Source: Acidobacteria bacterium RIFCSPLOWO2_12_FULL_65_11
GTDB taxonomy: Bacteria > Acidobacteriota > Vicinamibacteria > Vicinamibacterales > CAVVIG01
Direction: 5' to 3'
Length of the DNA stretch: 47,156 nucleotides
Assembly (NCBI GenBank): GCA_001767495.1
Contig: MELA01000099.1
Coordinates: forward strand, 9,877-57,032
A program made the position numbers and the translations under genes. A model generated the notes under the pieces. It had not been told where the DNA came from and did no database searches. It saw only the letters and a program-made list of their open reading frames with translations. This document shows positions 37,350 to 46,718 of the stretch, piece after piece. Each line of letters starts with the position of its first letter. The stretch's first letter is position 1.

Positions 37350-40300
37350 ATGGTTACCGCGACTGACATACCTCCCAAGCCCGGCGAGGTCGTGCGGGTC
37401 CGTTCCCGGCGATACCTCGTCGAAGAGGTCGAGCCGGCGCCGACGCCGGGCGACCAGACGCTGGTCCGGCTCTCGTGTTTGGAAGACGACGCAGAGGGTG
37501 AAGAGGTCCAGGTTCTCTGGGAAAAGGAAGTCGACGCACAGCGCATCAACGAGGCTGACTGGTCGCGCCTGGCCGGCGGTAACTTCGACCAACCACATCT
37601 CTTCGCCGCGTACTATCGGACACTGCGCTGGAACTCGGTCACTTCAACCGATCCGAAGCTGTTTCAGGCGCCCTATCGGGCGGGAATCCGGATCGACGCG
37701 TACCAGCTCGAGCCGCTGAGGAAGGCGCTCCTTCTACCGCGCGTCAACCTGTTCATTGCGGACGATGTGGGGTTGGGGAAGACCATCGAGGCTGGCCTCA
37801 TCGTTCGCGAGCTGCTCATGCGCCAGCGCGTCAGGCGGATTGTCGTTGCCGCGCCGCCATCGGTCCTGCTTCAGTGGAAGGAAGAACTGGACCAGCGCTT
37901 CGGCCTGACGTTCGTGGTCTTCGACCGCGAGTACGTAAGAAGAATGCGCCAGGAGCGTGGCTTCTCGGTGAATCCGTGGACGACGCATTCGCGGTTCATC
38001 GTGTCCCATCGCTTGCTGCGCGATCCGGATTACAAGATTCTTCTGGACGACTGGCTCGAGAGTGCCGGGCTGAGTGGGAGCCTTCTCATCCTTGATGAGG
38101 CGCACAATGCCGCGCCGGCCAGCGGTGCTCGCTACGCCATCGACTCGCAGTTTACAAAGGCCATTCGCGAGGTCGCACCGAAGTTCGAGCATCGGCTCTT
38201 CCTGTCGGCCACTCCACACAACGGCCACTCGAACAGCTTCTCGGCCTTGCTAGAGATCCTGGATCCGCAGCGCTTCTGTCGTGGTGTGCCAGTAGATGGC
38301 GCTAAGCAGCTCGAGCCGGTGATGGTGCGGAGGTTGAAAGATGACCTCCGGCGTCTGCAGGGCGGCTTCCCGAAGCGCGAGGTTGTCGAAGTGCCCGTCG
38401 TGGGCCTGAAAGAAGACAACCCGGAGCTGTTGTTGCCTCGGCTGCTGGACGAATACCGGCAGGCGAGGGAAGAGCGCCTTGTGAATTCGCACAAGTCGGT
38501 GCGCATGGCCGCCACTCTCGTGCTCTGCAGCTTGCAGAAGCGCTTGCTGTCGTCCATCGAAGCATTCGCCTGCACCCTTCGCGTTCACCGAAAATCATTC
38601 GAGGCCGCTGCGAACGCGAGTGCAGTAACCGCAAATGTAGGGCCCGGTCTTCAGACCGGGCCGACTCAGACCGGTCCGACTCAAGCCAGTCCGAACCTGG
38701 CCCAGCTCAAGCTCCTGACCAACGCACCTGACGCGGACGATGAACGGGCAGAGGCCGCTGAAGATGACGTGACCGCGCAGGATGATGCGGTGATGGCGGC
38801 AGCGACGGCGCGGACGATGGGTGAGGCGTCTGCGGATGTGTACAAGAAGGAGCGAGATCTCCTGACACGCATGTCCGAAGTCGCCGACGCCGCCCGCGGC
38901 CTGCCAGACGCCCGCGTAACCTATCTGATCAACTGGATCAAGAAACACAACCAGCGCGTGCTGATCTTCACGGAATACTCCGACACGAAGCGCTACCTGG
39001 AGAAGCAGCTTCGGGCCGCGGTGACACAGGGCCGTGAGTCCGACCCTCTCATTGCCACCTATCACGGCGGGATGACAGACGAAGCACGAGAGGATGTGAA
39101 GCGGGCCTTCAACGCCGATCCGCAGAAGCATCAGCTTCGAGTGCTCATCGCGACCGATGCGGCGCGCGAGGGCGTGAACCTGCAGAATCACTGTGCGGAC
39201 CTGTTTCACTTCGACGTGCCGTGGAATCCGAGTCGTGTGGAGCAGCGGAACGGCCGGATTGACCGCAAGCTCCAGCGGGCCGAGGAAGTCCGTTGTCATT
39301 ACTTCATCTACGAGCAGCGCCCGGAGGATCGGGTGTTGAAGGCGCTCGTCGAAAAGACCAAGACCATCAGGCGCGAGTTGGGAAGCCTTGCGCCGGTGCT
39401 CGAGCGAAAGCTTGAGGATCGGCTGAGCATGGGCTTTGCGCGCAAGGATGCGGCGGCGCTTGCGAACGCGATAAGAGATGAACAACTGGACGCTGAGCGG
39501 CTGAAGACGACGGAGGCTGAGCTCGAGTCTGGTCGAAAGCGGGAGGCGGATCTTAAGACCGAGATCTCAGGGCTTCAGGATCTACTCGAGAAATCGAGGA
39601 ACTGGTTGCGCCTGGACGAAGCCGACTTGCGGCAGGCGATCTCCTGTGGCCTGGAGCTGCTCGGCGCCAATGCGCTTCAGCCGACAAAGAAGGACGGCGA
39701 ATTCCAACTCCCGGATCTCTCGTCCCATGCCCAGACGGACCCGTCCTGGATGCATACGCTCGACACGCTGCGGGCGCCACAGCGCAAGGGTCAGCCCGTG
39801 TGGGAGTGGCGGAAGCAGCAGCCGATTCGACCAGTCGTCTTTGAAGACCAGGGTTCGTTGGACGCCACGGACGTGCACCTTCACCTGGAGCATCGGTTCG
39901 TGCAGCGCCTGCTCGGGCGCTTTCGGTCCCAGGGGTTTGTCCATCACGATCTGACCCGCGCGTGTGTCGTCCTCACGAAGGATCCGGTTCCACGCGTCAT
40001 CCTGCTCGGTCGCCTGTCGCTGTACGGACAGCGGGCTTCACGCCTGCACGATCAGGTGCTGGCCGTCGCGGCTCGGTGGGCAGACGCGACGATCCGGAGC
40101 GAGACGTTGAAGCCGTACGCTGACGCCACGCTCGACAAGACGCTGGAGCTGCTCGAGCAGGCACTCAGCGCGGAGACGTTGCTGCCCGACCTGCCCTTGC
40201 AGGTCCGTCAGAGGCTCAGTTCGGGGGCTTCGCGCGACCTCGATGAGCTGCGTCCACATCTCAAGGTTCAGGCGGACGACCTCAGCACTCGCGCGACGGC

Positions 40301-40598
40301 CGAGCTCCGGGCGCGGGGCGACAGGGAAGCGACCGAGATGCGAGCGATTCTCGAGACGCAGCGGAAGCGCATTCAGGCGACGGCCGTTGAAAAGGAGAAG
40401 GACCTCCAGCAGCCTGGTCTCTTCGATCAAGAGGAGCGCAAGCAAGTCGAGGCCGACAAGCGCTACTGGCACAAGCGGCTGGAGGAGCTGGCCCGCGAGC
40501 TCGACACCGAGCCCGCCCGCATCCGTCAGAGCTACGAGGTCAAGACTGCCCGCTTCGAGCCCGTCGGCCTCATCTATCTCTGGCCCGTGACGGGGTAG
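37350..40598 (+). CDS. drmD: SNF2-like helicase, DISARM DrmD-like
   Basis: GGAGG + ATG 37350; PGEVVRVRSR N-terminus, LFQAPYRAGI, ADDVGLGKT, DEAH, LSATPHNG, TDAAREGVNLQ, EQRNGRIDR, C-terminal EPVGLIYLWP; methyltransferase follows 3 bp later. Confidence 0.82.
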   Translation: MVTATDIPPKPGEVVRVRSRRYLVEEVEPAPTPGDQTLVRLSCLEDDAEGEEVQVLWEKEVDAQRINEADWSRLAGGNFDQPHLFAAYYRTLRWNSVTSTDPKLFQAPYRAGIRIDAYQLEPLRKALLLPRVNLFIADDVGLGKTIEAGLIVRELLMRQRVRRIVVAAPPSVLLQWKEELDQRFGLTFVVFDREYVRRMRQERGFSVNPWTTHSRFIVSHRLLRDPDYKILLDDWLESAGLSGSLLILDEAHNAAPASGARYAIDSQFTKAIREVAPKFEHRLFLSATPHNGHSNSFSALLEILDPQRFCRGVPVDGAKQLEPVMVRRLKDDLRRLQGGFPKREVVEVPVVGLKEDNPELLLPRLLDEYRQAREERLVNSHKSVRMAATLVLCSLQKRLLSSIEAFACTLRVHRKSFEAAANASAVTANVGPGLQTGPTQTGPTQASPNLAQLKLLTNAPDADDERAEAAEDDVTAQDDAVMAAATARTMGEASADVYKKERDLLTRMSEVADAARGLPDARVTYLINWIKKHNQRVLIFTEYSDTKRYLEKQLRAAVTQGRESDPLIATYHGGMTDEAREDVKRAFNADPQKHQLRVLIATDAAREGVNLQNHCADLFHFDVPWNPSRVEQRNGRIDRKLQRAEEVRCHYFIYEQRPEDRVLKALVEKTKTIRRELGSLAPVLERKLEDRLSMGFARKDAAALANAIRDEQLDAERLKTTEAELESGRKREADLKTEISGLQDLLEKSRNWLRLDEADLRQAISCGLELLGANALQPTKKDGEFQLPDLSSHAQTDPSWMHTLDTLRAPQRKGQPVWEWRKQQPIRPVVFEDQGSLDATDVHLHLEHRFVQRLLGRFRSQGFVHHDLTRACVVLTKDPVPRVILLGRLSLYGQRASRLHDQVLAVAARWADATIRSETLKPYADATLDKTLELLEQALSAETLLPDLPLQVRQRLSSGASRDLDELRPHLKVQADDLSTRATAELRARGDREATEMRAILETQRKRIQATAVEKEKDLQQPGLFDQEERKQVEADKRYWHKRLEELARELDTEPARIRQSYEVKTARFEPVGLIYLWPVTG
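38637..38662 (+). repeat. GTAG-type REP palindrome inside the helicase ORF
   Basis: GTAG GGCCCGGTCT-TC-AGACCGGGCC, followed by degenerate 15-bp tandem copies to about 38696. Confidence 0.7.
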
Positions 40599-40601
40599 GC
40601 G

Positions 40602-43600
40602 ATGGCACAGGTTCCCCCCGAACTCCAGGCGCACAAGGAATGGCTGGGCCAGATCCAGCAGGTGGGGCTTGTTGTTTCGCCGAGCGTGCTCGTCAAGCAC
40701 GGCGTGTTCATCGAGCGCCAGAAGGCGGTTGAGAAGCAGGAACGCCTCCGTGAGCTGGTTCAAGAAGAGGACGGGCTCCGCAGCATGGACTGGCCGACCG
40801 TCTGCCGCGAGCTGCTCGAATGGCCCGATAACCTGCTGGCCGGTGCGGTCGGTGGCCCGGCGCTTCCTGACAGCCTCGTCGTTGCGCTGCCCGAGTACGA
40901 CGACCGCCTCGCGCCGACCTATGCCGTTGCCGATCCCGACCCAGCACCAAACTGGCTCCTCCTTATTAATGTTGTGGAGCCCGAGACGGATTTCGATGCG
41001 GCCCCTCCGGCAGATCGGCAGCATCACGGCTGGCGGACCAGTCCGCACGCGCGCCTGGAGCGACTGCTTCGAGCGACTGGCGTGCCGATTGGCCTCCTCT
41101 TTAGTGGCGGTGCTCTCCGCCTCATCTACGCACCGCAAGGCGAGTCGTCTGGCCACCTGACGTTTCGCTTTTCAGATCTGGTTCAGACGCTCGGCCGGCC
41201 CATGGTCGGCGCGCTCTGCGCGCTGCTCGGTGTCGAGCGGGTGACGGACGTTCAGCAGGAGGCGCAGCGGCTGCCGGCGCTCCTCAAAGAGAGCCGTAGG
41301 TATCAGAACGAGGTCTCCACCGAGCTGGCCGGACAGGTACTCGAGGCGCTGTGGGAACTTGTGCGCGGATTCCAGCGCGCGAACGAGCACGCGCACGGCG
41401 CGCTCCTGGACCAGGCGTTGCGCGAGGCTCCGAACGACGTCTACGGCGGCCTCCTTTCCACGCTGATGCGTCTTGTCTTCGTTCTGTACGCCGAAGACCG
41501 AGGGCTGATGCCGAAGAGCGAGGTGTACCAGAAGCACTACTCGATCTCGGGGCTCTTCGAGCGGTTGCGGGACGATGAAGCGCGGTATCCAGATACGATG
41601 GACGCGCGTTTCGGATCGTGGACGCAGCTCCTGGCACTCTTTCGCCTTGTCCACGACGGTGGTGGTCACGGCGACATGCGCTTCCCAGCGCGGCATGGCC
41701 GGCTGTTCAATCCCGACGCGTACCCTTTCTTAGAAGGCCGGCCGTCCGGCAGCGTCCGCGTGATGGGCGAGCCCATCGATCCGCCGCATATTTCTGACGG
41801 CGTTGTGTTTCGGGTGCTGAAGAACCTGCTCATCCTTGACGGCGAGCGGCTGTCCTATCGGACGCTCGACGTGGAGCAGATCGGTTCGGTCTACGAAGCG
41901 ATGATGGGTTTTGCACTTCAGCAGGCGGCAGGCCCCTCTATCGCCACCACTCCCAAGAACATCGTCTTCAACATCGCGGAGCTGCTCGAGCAGAAGCCGA
42001 AGGATCGTGCTGCGTGGCTGCAGAAGGAAACCGAACTGAAGACGACTGGCGACGCGCTGGCGAAGGCCGCGTCGGATGACGAGGTGATGGCGGCGCTCGG
42101 CCGGAGGGTGTCGCGCTACACGCCGCACGTGCTGCCTCCGGGTGCAATGTATTTGCAGCCTACTGAAGAGCGGCGGCGATCCGGTTCTCACTACACGCCG
42201 CGCTCCCTGACTGCGCCCATCGTCCACACCACATTTCGGCCCATCCTCGAGCGGCTGGGCGACCAGGCCACGCCGGATCAGATTCTCGATCTCAAGGTGT
42301 GCGATCCAGCGATGGGATCGGGCGCGTTTCTTGTCGAGGCATGTCGGTTGCTCGCCGAGAGGCTGGTTCGCGCGTGGGAGGTACGCAAGCAGATCCCGAA
42401 GGTACCCGACGACGAGGATGTGCTGACGTATGCTCGGCGGCTGGTAGCCGAGCGGTGTCTCTATGGCGTGGACAAGAACCCGTTCGCAGTGGACCTCGCC
42501 AAGCTTTCGCTCTGGCTGGCCACGCTAGCGCGCGAGCATCCGTTCACGTTTCTCGATCATGCGCTACGGCACGGCGACTCGCTTGTGGGCCTCTCGCGCG
42601 AGCAAATTGCGTGTTTCAGTTGGGAGACAGCGAAGCAGCTGCCCCTGCTACGGACGCTCATCGACGGGCGCGTGGCCGAAGCGCAGGCCCTGCGCGAACG
42701 GATTCAGAGCCTCGCCACGGTAGACGATGTGCCCGAGCAGGCGCGGCTGTTGAGGGAAGCGAACGACGCGTTGCATAACGTGCGGCACATTGGCGACCTT
42801 GTCGTGTCGGCGTTCTTCGAACGGGAAAAGCCGAAGGATCGGCAGACGCTCCGTGCGGCGTACGCCGGTCAGGCTGAGCAGTGGCTGTTGCAGCGGGACA
42901 GCGGGGCTTTCGTACGGCCGGACTTCAGTCCGGCCGTAGTGACCTTCCACTGGGAGATCGAATTCCCCGAAGTCTTCACCCGCAGCAACGGCGGCTTCGA
43001 CGCCTTCGTTGGCAATCCGCCGTTCCTTGGGGGAACGCGGATCTCGACCGTTCTCGGAAACTCGTATCGTGATTTTCTCTTGACAGTCCACTTAGAAAGC
43101 CACGGCAATGCGGACTTGGTGTCCTACTTCTTCCGCAGCTGCTTTGATCGCACACGCCGGGGTGGAGCTCTTGGACTACTCGCGACCAAGACTATTGCTC
43201 AAGGCGACACTAGATTCACAGGGCTTCGTTGGATCTTGAACAAGGGCGGTACGATCTATTCCGCGCGCAAGAGGTACAAGTGGCCGGGCCTCGCGGCTGT
43301 CACCGTTAGCATCGTTCACCTGATACGCGAGGAGTCGCCGGCATGGCCCTTCCTGCTAGATGACGAAGTCGTTGGGCATGTTACGGCCTTCCTCCTCGAT
43401 GCGGGAGGAAATGATGATCCGAGGCCCTTGTCTCACAACGCTGGTGTCAGCTTTCTCGGTAGCAAGATTTACGGCCGGGGCTTCCTCTTCGACAACGAGG
43501 ACGCCGCAGCTACGCCAGTCAGCGAGATGGAGCGGCTAATCGCTGTGGACCCACGCAACCGGGAACGGATCTTCCCCTACCTGAGCGGCGAAGATATCAA

Positions 43601-44513
43601 CGACAGCCCAACACACGAGCATCATCGTTACGTCATTGGCTTCGGAGAGATGTCAGAGTCAGAGGCTCATTCGTGGCCCGAGTTGTTCCGGATAATCGAA
43701 ACGAAGGTGAAACCCGAGCGTCTCCGTTTGCGGGACACTTCTGATGGACGTCGGCTCAAGCAGTACTGGTGGCAGTGGGGCCGCTACCGACCTGAACTAC
43801 ATCAAGTGATCCAGGGGCTCGATCGAGTACTAGTCTGTTCCGGCGTCAGTAAGCACTTGGCCTTTGCCTGGCGACCCACGTCTTACGCCTTCTCCCACAA
43901 CGTGAATGTCTTTGCGCTAGTTCGCAGTTCGCAGTTCACCGTCCTTCAATCCAGAGTGCACGAGCTCTTCGCAGTGACATTCTCCTCAACTCTTGAAGAT
44001 CGGCAGGGATATCGAGGCTCAGACTGCTTCGAGACGTTTCCCTTCCCTGATGGTTGGCACATGAGCTCGAGTCTTGAGGACAGCGGCCGCGAGTACTACG
44101 AATTCCGTGCCACCCTGATGGTCCTGAACAAGGAAGGCCTGACGAACACTTACAATCGCTTCCACGACCCGGACGAACAGGACCCTGATGTCTTGAAGCT
44201 CCGCGACCTGCACGCCGCCATGGATCGCGCCGTTCTCGACGCCTACGGCTGGACCGACGTCCGGCCGCGCTGCGAGTTCATTCTCGACTACGTGGACGAG
44301 GAAGACGACAATCCCGGCAAGCCGACCAAGAAGAAGAAGCCGTACCGTTACCGCTGGCCGGACGAGATCCGTGACGAGGTCCTCGGGCGGCTGCTGGAGC
44401 TAAACGCCCAGCGCGCCAAGGAAGAAGAGCTGGCCGGTCTTGCCGCAGGTGCGGGCCACGCCAAGCCCAAACAGAGTAGCAATTCTCGGTCGCGGACGCC
44501 GCTCCTGGATTGA
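40602..44513 (+). CDS. drmMI: Large N6-adenine DNA methyltransferase with TRD (DrmMI / Eco57I-MmeI-like)
   Basis: LDVEQIGSVYE, GSHYTP, DPAMGSGAF (motif I), LYGVD, FHWEIEFPEVF, GNPPF (motif IV), C-terminal AMDRAVLDAYGW. Confidence 0.8.
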   Translation: MAQVPPELQAHKEWLGQIQQVGLVVSPSVLVKHGVFIERQKAVEKQERLRELVQEEDGLRSMDWPTVCRELLEWPDNLLAGAVGGPALPDSLVVALPEYDDRLAPTYAVADPDPAPNWLLLINVVEPETDFDAAPPADRQHHGWRTSPHARLERLLRATGVPIGLLFSGGALRLIYAPQGESSGHLTFRFSDLVQTLGRPMVGALCALLGVERVTDVQQEAQRLPALLKESRRYQNEVSTELAGQVLEALWELVRGFQRANEHAHGALLDQALREAPNDVYGGLLSTLMRLVFVLYAEDRGLMPKSEVYQKHYSISGLFERLRDDEARYPDTMDARFGSWTQLLALFRLVHDGGGHGDMRFPARHGRLFNPDAYPFLEGRPSGSVRVMGEPIDPPHISDGVVFRVLKNLLILDGERLSYRTLDVEQIGSVYEAMMGFALQQAAGPSIATTPKNIVFNIAELLEQKPKDRAAWLQKETELKTTGDALAKAASDDEVMAALGRRVSRYTPHVLPPGAMYLQPTEERRRSGSHYTPRSLTAPIVHTTFRPILERLGDQATPDQILDLKVCDPAMGSGAFLVEACRLLAERLVRAWEVRKQIPKVPDDEDVLTYARRLVAERCLYGVDKNPFAVDLAKLSLWLATLAREHPFTFLDHALRHGDSLVGLSREQIACFSWETAKQLPLLRTLIDGRVAEAQALRERIQSLATVDDVPEQARLLREANDALHNVRHIGDLVVSAFFEREKPKDRQTLRAAYAGQAEQWLLQRDSGAFVRPDFSPAVVTFHWEIEFPEVFTRSNGGFDAFVGNPPFLGGTRISTVLGNSYRDFLLTVHLESHGNADLVSYFFRSCFDRTRRGGALGLLATKTIAQGDTRFTGLRWILNKGGTIYSARKRYKWPGLAAVTVSIVHLIREESPAWPFLLDDEVVGHVTAFLLDAGGNDDPRPLSHNAGVSFLGSKIYGRGFLFDNEDAAATPVSEMERLIAVDPRNRERIFPYLSGEDINDSPTHEHHRYVIGFGEMSESEAHSWPELFRIIETKVKPERLRLRDTSDGRRLKQYWWQWGRYRPELHQVIQGLDRVLVCSGVSKHLAFAWRPTSYAFSHNVNVFALVRSSQFTVLQSRVHELFAVTFSSTLEDRQGYRGSDCFETFPFPDGWHMSSSLEDSGREYYEFRATLMVLNKEGLTNTYNRFHDPDEQDPDVLKLRDLHAAMDRAVLDAYGWTDVRPRCEFILDYVDEEDDNPGKPTKKKKPYRYRWPDEIRDEVLGRLLELNAQRAKEEELAGLAAGAGHAKPKQSSNSRSRTPLLD

Positions 44514-44528
44514 TCGCACCGAACGGCT

Positions 44529-45896
44529 GTGACTCTCTCCGCACTCGCGTCCATATCCAATCTGACGCTAGCATGGCGGCGCGTCACCACGGGCGGAAAC
44601 TATCCGTACAAGAAGTACTTCCGGCACCTGTATTACTCATACGAACTCGCACTCGATGAAAACCTGAATGATCTTCGGACGAAGATACTCGCATTATCGT
44701 GGCAGCCCCAGTCGCCAGAGAGAGTCTACGTGCCGAAACCTTCAGGACTGCAACGGCCTCTAACGCTGCTGCACGTCGAGGATCAGATTGTCTTGCAGGC
44801 GCTCGCGAACGTAATCGCGAGGAAGGTTGAAGAGAAGCGGAAGCCGTTTGTTTATCAGTCTGTCTTCAGCAATATTCTTCAGTCTCGCCGTAACATCTTT
44901 TTCGTCAAGAACTGGCATCGGACGTACTGGGCGTTCTGTTCAAGAATTGAGCAGAACTACAAGGCAGGACTCTTGTGGGTGGCGGACTTCGATTTGGCGG
45001 CGTTTTACGACACCATTTCCCACGATCTGCTACTGAGGACAGCATTCCCGAGGCTTAAGAAGTCGAGCGAAGTCGATTGGATCTGTCGGTGTCTGAGCCA
45101 ATGGACATCTCAGCGTCCCAGAGACTCAAAGGGTCACGGACTGCCTCAAGGACCCATCGCTTCAGATTTCTTGGCAGAAGTGTTTCTTCTGCCAATCGAC
45201 CAGGCGATGAGAGGTATCGACGGATATATACGGTACGTCGACGACGTCCGCCTGTTCGGCGCAACTGAAACAGATGTTCGACGAGCAGTCCTCAAGCTGG
45301 AGATCGAGTGTCGGGAACGGGGCCTGATACCTCAGGTGGGCAAGTTCGCCATACACAAAGTGAGATCCCTCGAAGAAGCGCGAGGAATGCTCCCGAGCCT
45401 TGGAGAGCCAAAGGAATCAAATTCGCCGCGCATAGCGCCAACAACAGCTGAGAGATTGTTGCGACCTGCAATTGGAGGCCGCCCTCTGAGGGTTCTCGAC
45501 AAAACCCGGCTTCGTTACGTACTTTTTCGTGCGAATCGGTCTTCGCGTATCCGCCGACTTGTCTGCTTGCTAGTGTCTCGGGCTCCTGAACATGTTGACG
45601 CCTTCGCCGCTTTTCTTTCGCAGTACGAATATCACCGGACCATTCGTGACTGCTGCCTTGCCACGCTGGCGACAACGCCCTACGAGTATGTTGCCGGAGA
45701 GATGTGGCACCTGCTAGCAAAGTTCTATGCGACAACGGGCGCCTTTACTGCCGCGGTTCGTCGCGAGCTCTTGTCAAAGGCCATCGCCACCCTAAAGGAT
45801 AGGCACGCTGGACTCGCAGTGAAATGGGGCGCTGCTCATTTCCTCTCTGAGGCCGAGAACACCGATCGTCGCCGCTACACGCGCTTCCTTCGATAT
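44529..45896 (+). CDS. Reverse transcriptase (UG/Abi/DRT-like) with a helical C-terminal extension, interrupted by IS21 after codon 456
   Basis: PKPSGLQRPL, DFDLAAFYDTISH, GLPQGPIAS, YIRYVDD (YVDD at 45234-45245); the ORF-track tail CGFRKLW... is IS-end sequence. Confidence 0.88.
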
Positions 45897-46718
45897 TGTG
45901 GGTTCCGGAAACTCTGGCCTGTCAGTTCCGGAAATTCTGGCCAGTTGATGTGAAGCCTCCGGTGACGTGGCATCGTCGAGCCCGAGGTGTGTGGTCCGGA
46001 GAGACGGTCCATCAAGTGTGAGCAGCCGGCCGCGCTCCAGGACGCGGTCGACGATCGCGAGAGCGAGGTCTTCGTCATGCAGCACGCGCCCCCACGCATT
46101 GAGCGGCTTGTTGGTCGTGAAGATCATCGTACGCTTGTGCCGGTGGCGATCGTTGACGACGTGGAAGAGCATGTTCGCGGCATCGGTGCCATAGGTAAGA
46201 TACCCGACTTCGTCGACGACCAGCACGGCCGGGTGCGTGTACGTCGCCAGCCGCTCGGCGAGGTGGCCGCTGCGGAAGGCGCTCGACAGATCGTCGATGA
46301 GTTCAGCGGCGGTGACGAAGCGCGCCTCAAACCCGTTTTGAATCGCGCGATACGCAATGGCGATCGCCAGATGGGTTTTGCCACGTCCCGGTTTGCCGGT
46401 CAAGATCAGCGACTGGCCTTCGGTGACAAAGTCGGGCGACAACGCGGAGCCGAGCAGCGAGAGCCGTACGACGCTTTGATAGGTGAAGTCAAAGTCGTCG
46501 ATGGTCTTGAGAAACGGGAAGTGCGCCCAGCGCGACACGCGCCCCAGGCGCGTCTGTTGGCGATGGGCAATCTCTTCGGCCAGGAGCAGCGACAGAAAGT
46601 CGCGACAGGACCAATCCTCGCGTTCGGCGCGGACCACGAGGTCCCGCCACACCCGTCGGGCATTGGCGAGATGCAACCGTTTGAAGCAGCCGTCCAGATC
46701 GAGGTCCGGGATCTTCAT
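45792..46718 (-). CDS. istB: IS21 helper ATPase IstB (reads through the IS end into the RT antisense strand)
   Basis: FPFLKTIDDFDF, GKPGRGKTHLA, VDEVGY, TTNKP, DRVL. Confidence 0.92.
   Translation of the reverse strand: MKIPDLDLDGCFKRLHLANARRVWRDLVVRAEREDWSCRDFLSLLLAEEIAHRQQTRLGRVSRWAHFPFLKTIDDFDFTYQSVVRLSLLGSALSPDFVTEGQSLILTGKPGRGKTHLAIAIAYRAIQNGFEARFVTAAELIDDLSSAFRSGHLAERLATYTHPAVLVVDEVGYLTYGTDAANMLFHVVNDRHRHKRTMIFTTNKPLNAWGRVLHDEDLALAIVDRVLERGRLLTLDGPSLRTTHLGLDDATSPEASHQLARISGTDRPEFPEPTISKEARVAATIGVLGLREEMSSAPFHCESSVPIL

Noticed and set aside
44514-45896. RT as a group II intron maturase
   Set aside because: Only 15 bp separate it from the upstream stop, leaving no room for intron domains I-III. 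It has YVDD rather than YADD and no recognisable domain X.
44300-45896. RT as a retron
   Set aside because: No intergenic msr-msd or a1/a2 inverted repeats, and no NAxxH or VTG motifs seen.
43050-45896. DGR diversifying the methyltransferase TRD
   Set aside because: No template/variable repeat pair with adenine-specific mismatches and no Avd-like gene were seen; the RT lacks the DGR-type SQ motif. Sequence beyond the IS cannot be assessed.
45902-45942. Direct repeats as a mini CRISPR array
   Set aside because: Two 18-bp units with a 5-bp gap at a TG terminus next to istB are typical IS21 end repeats.
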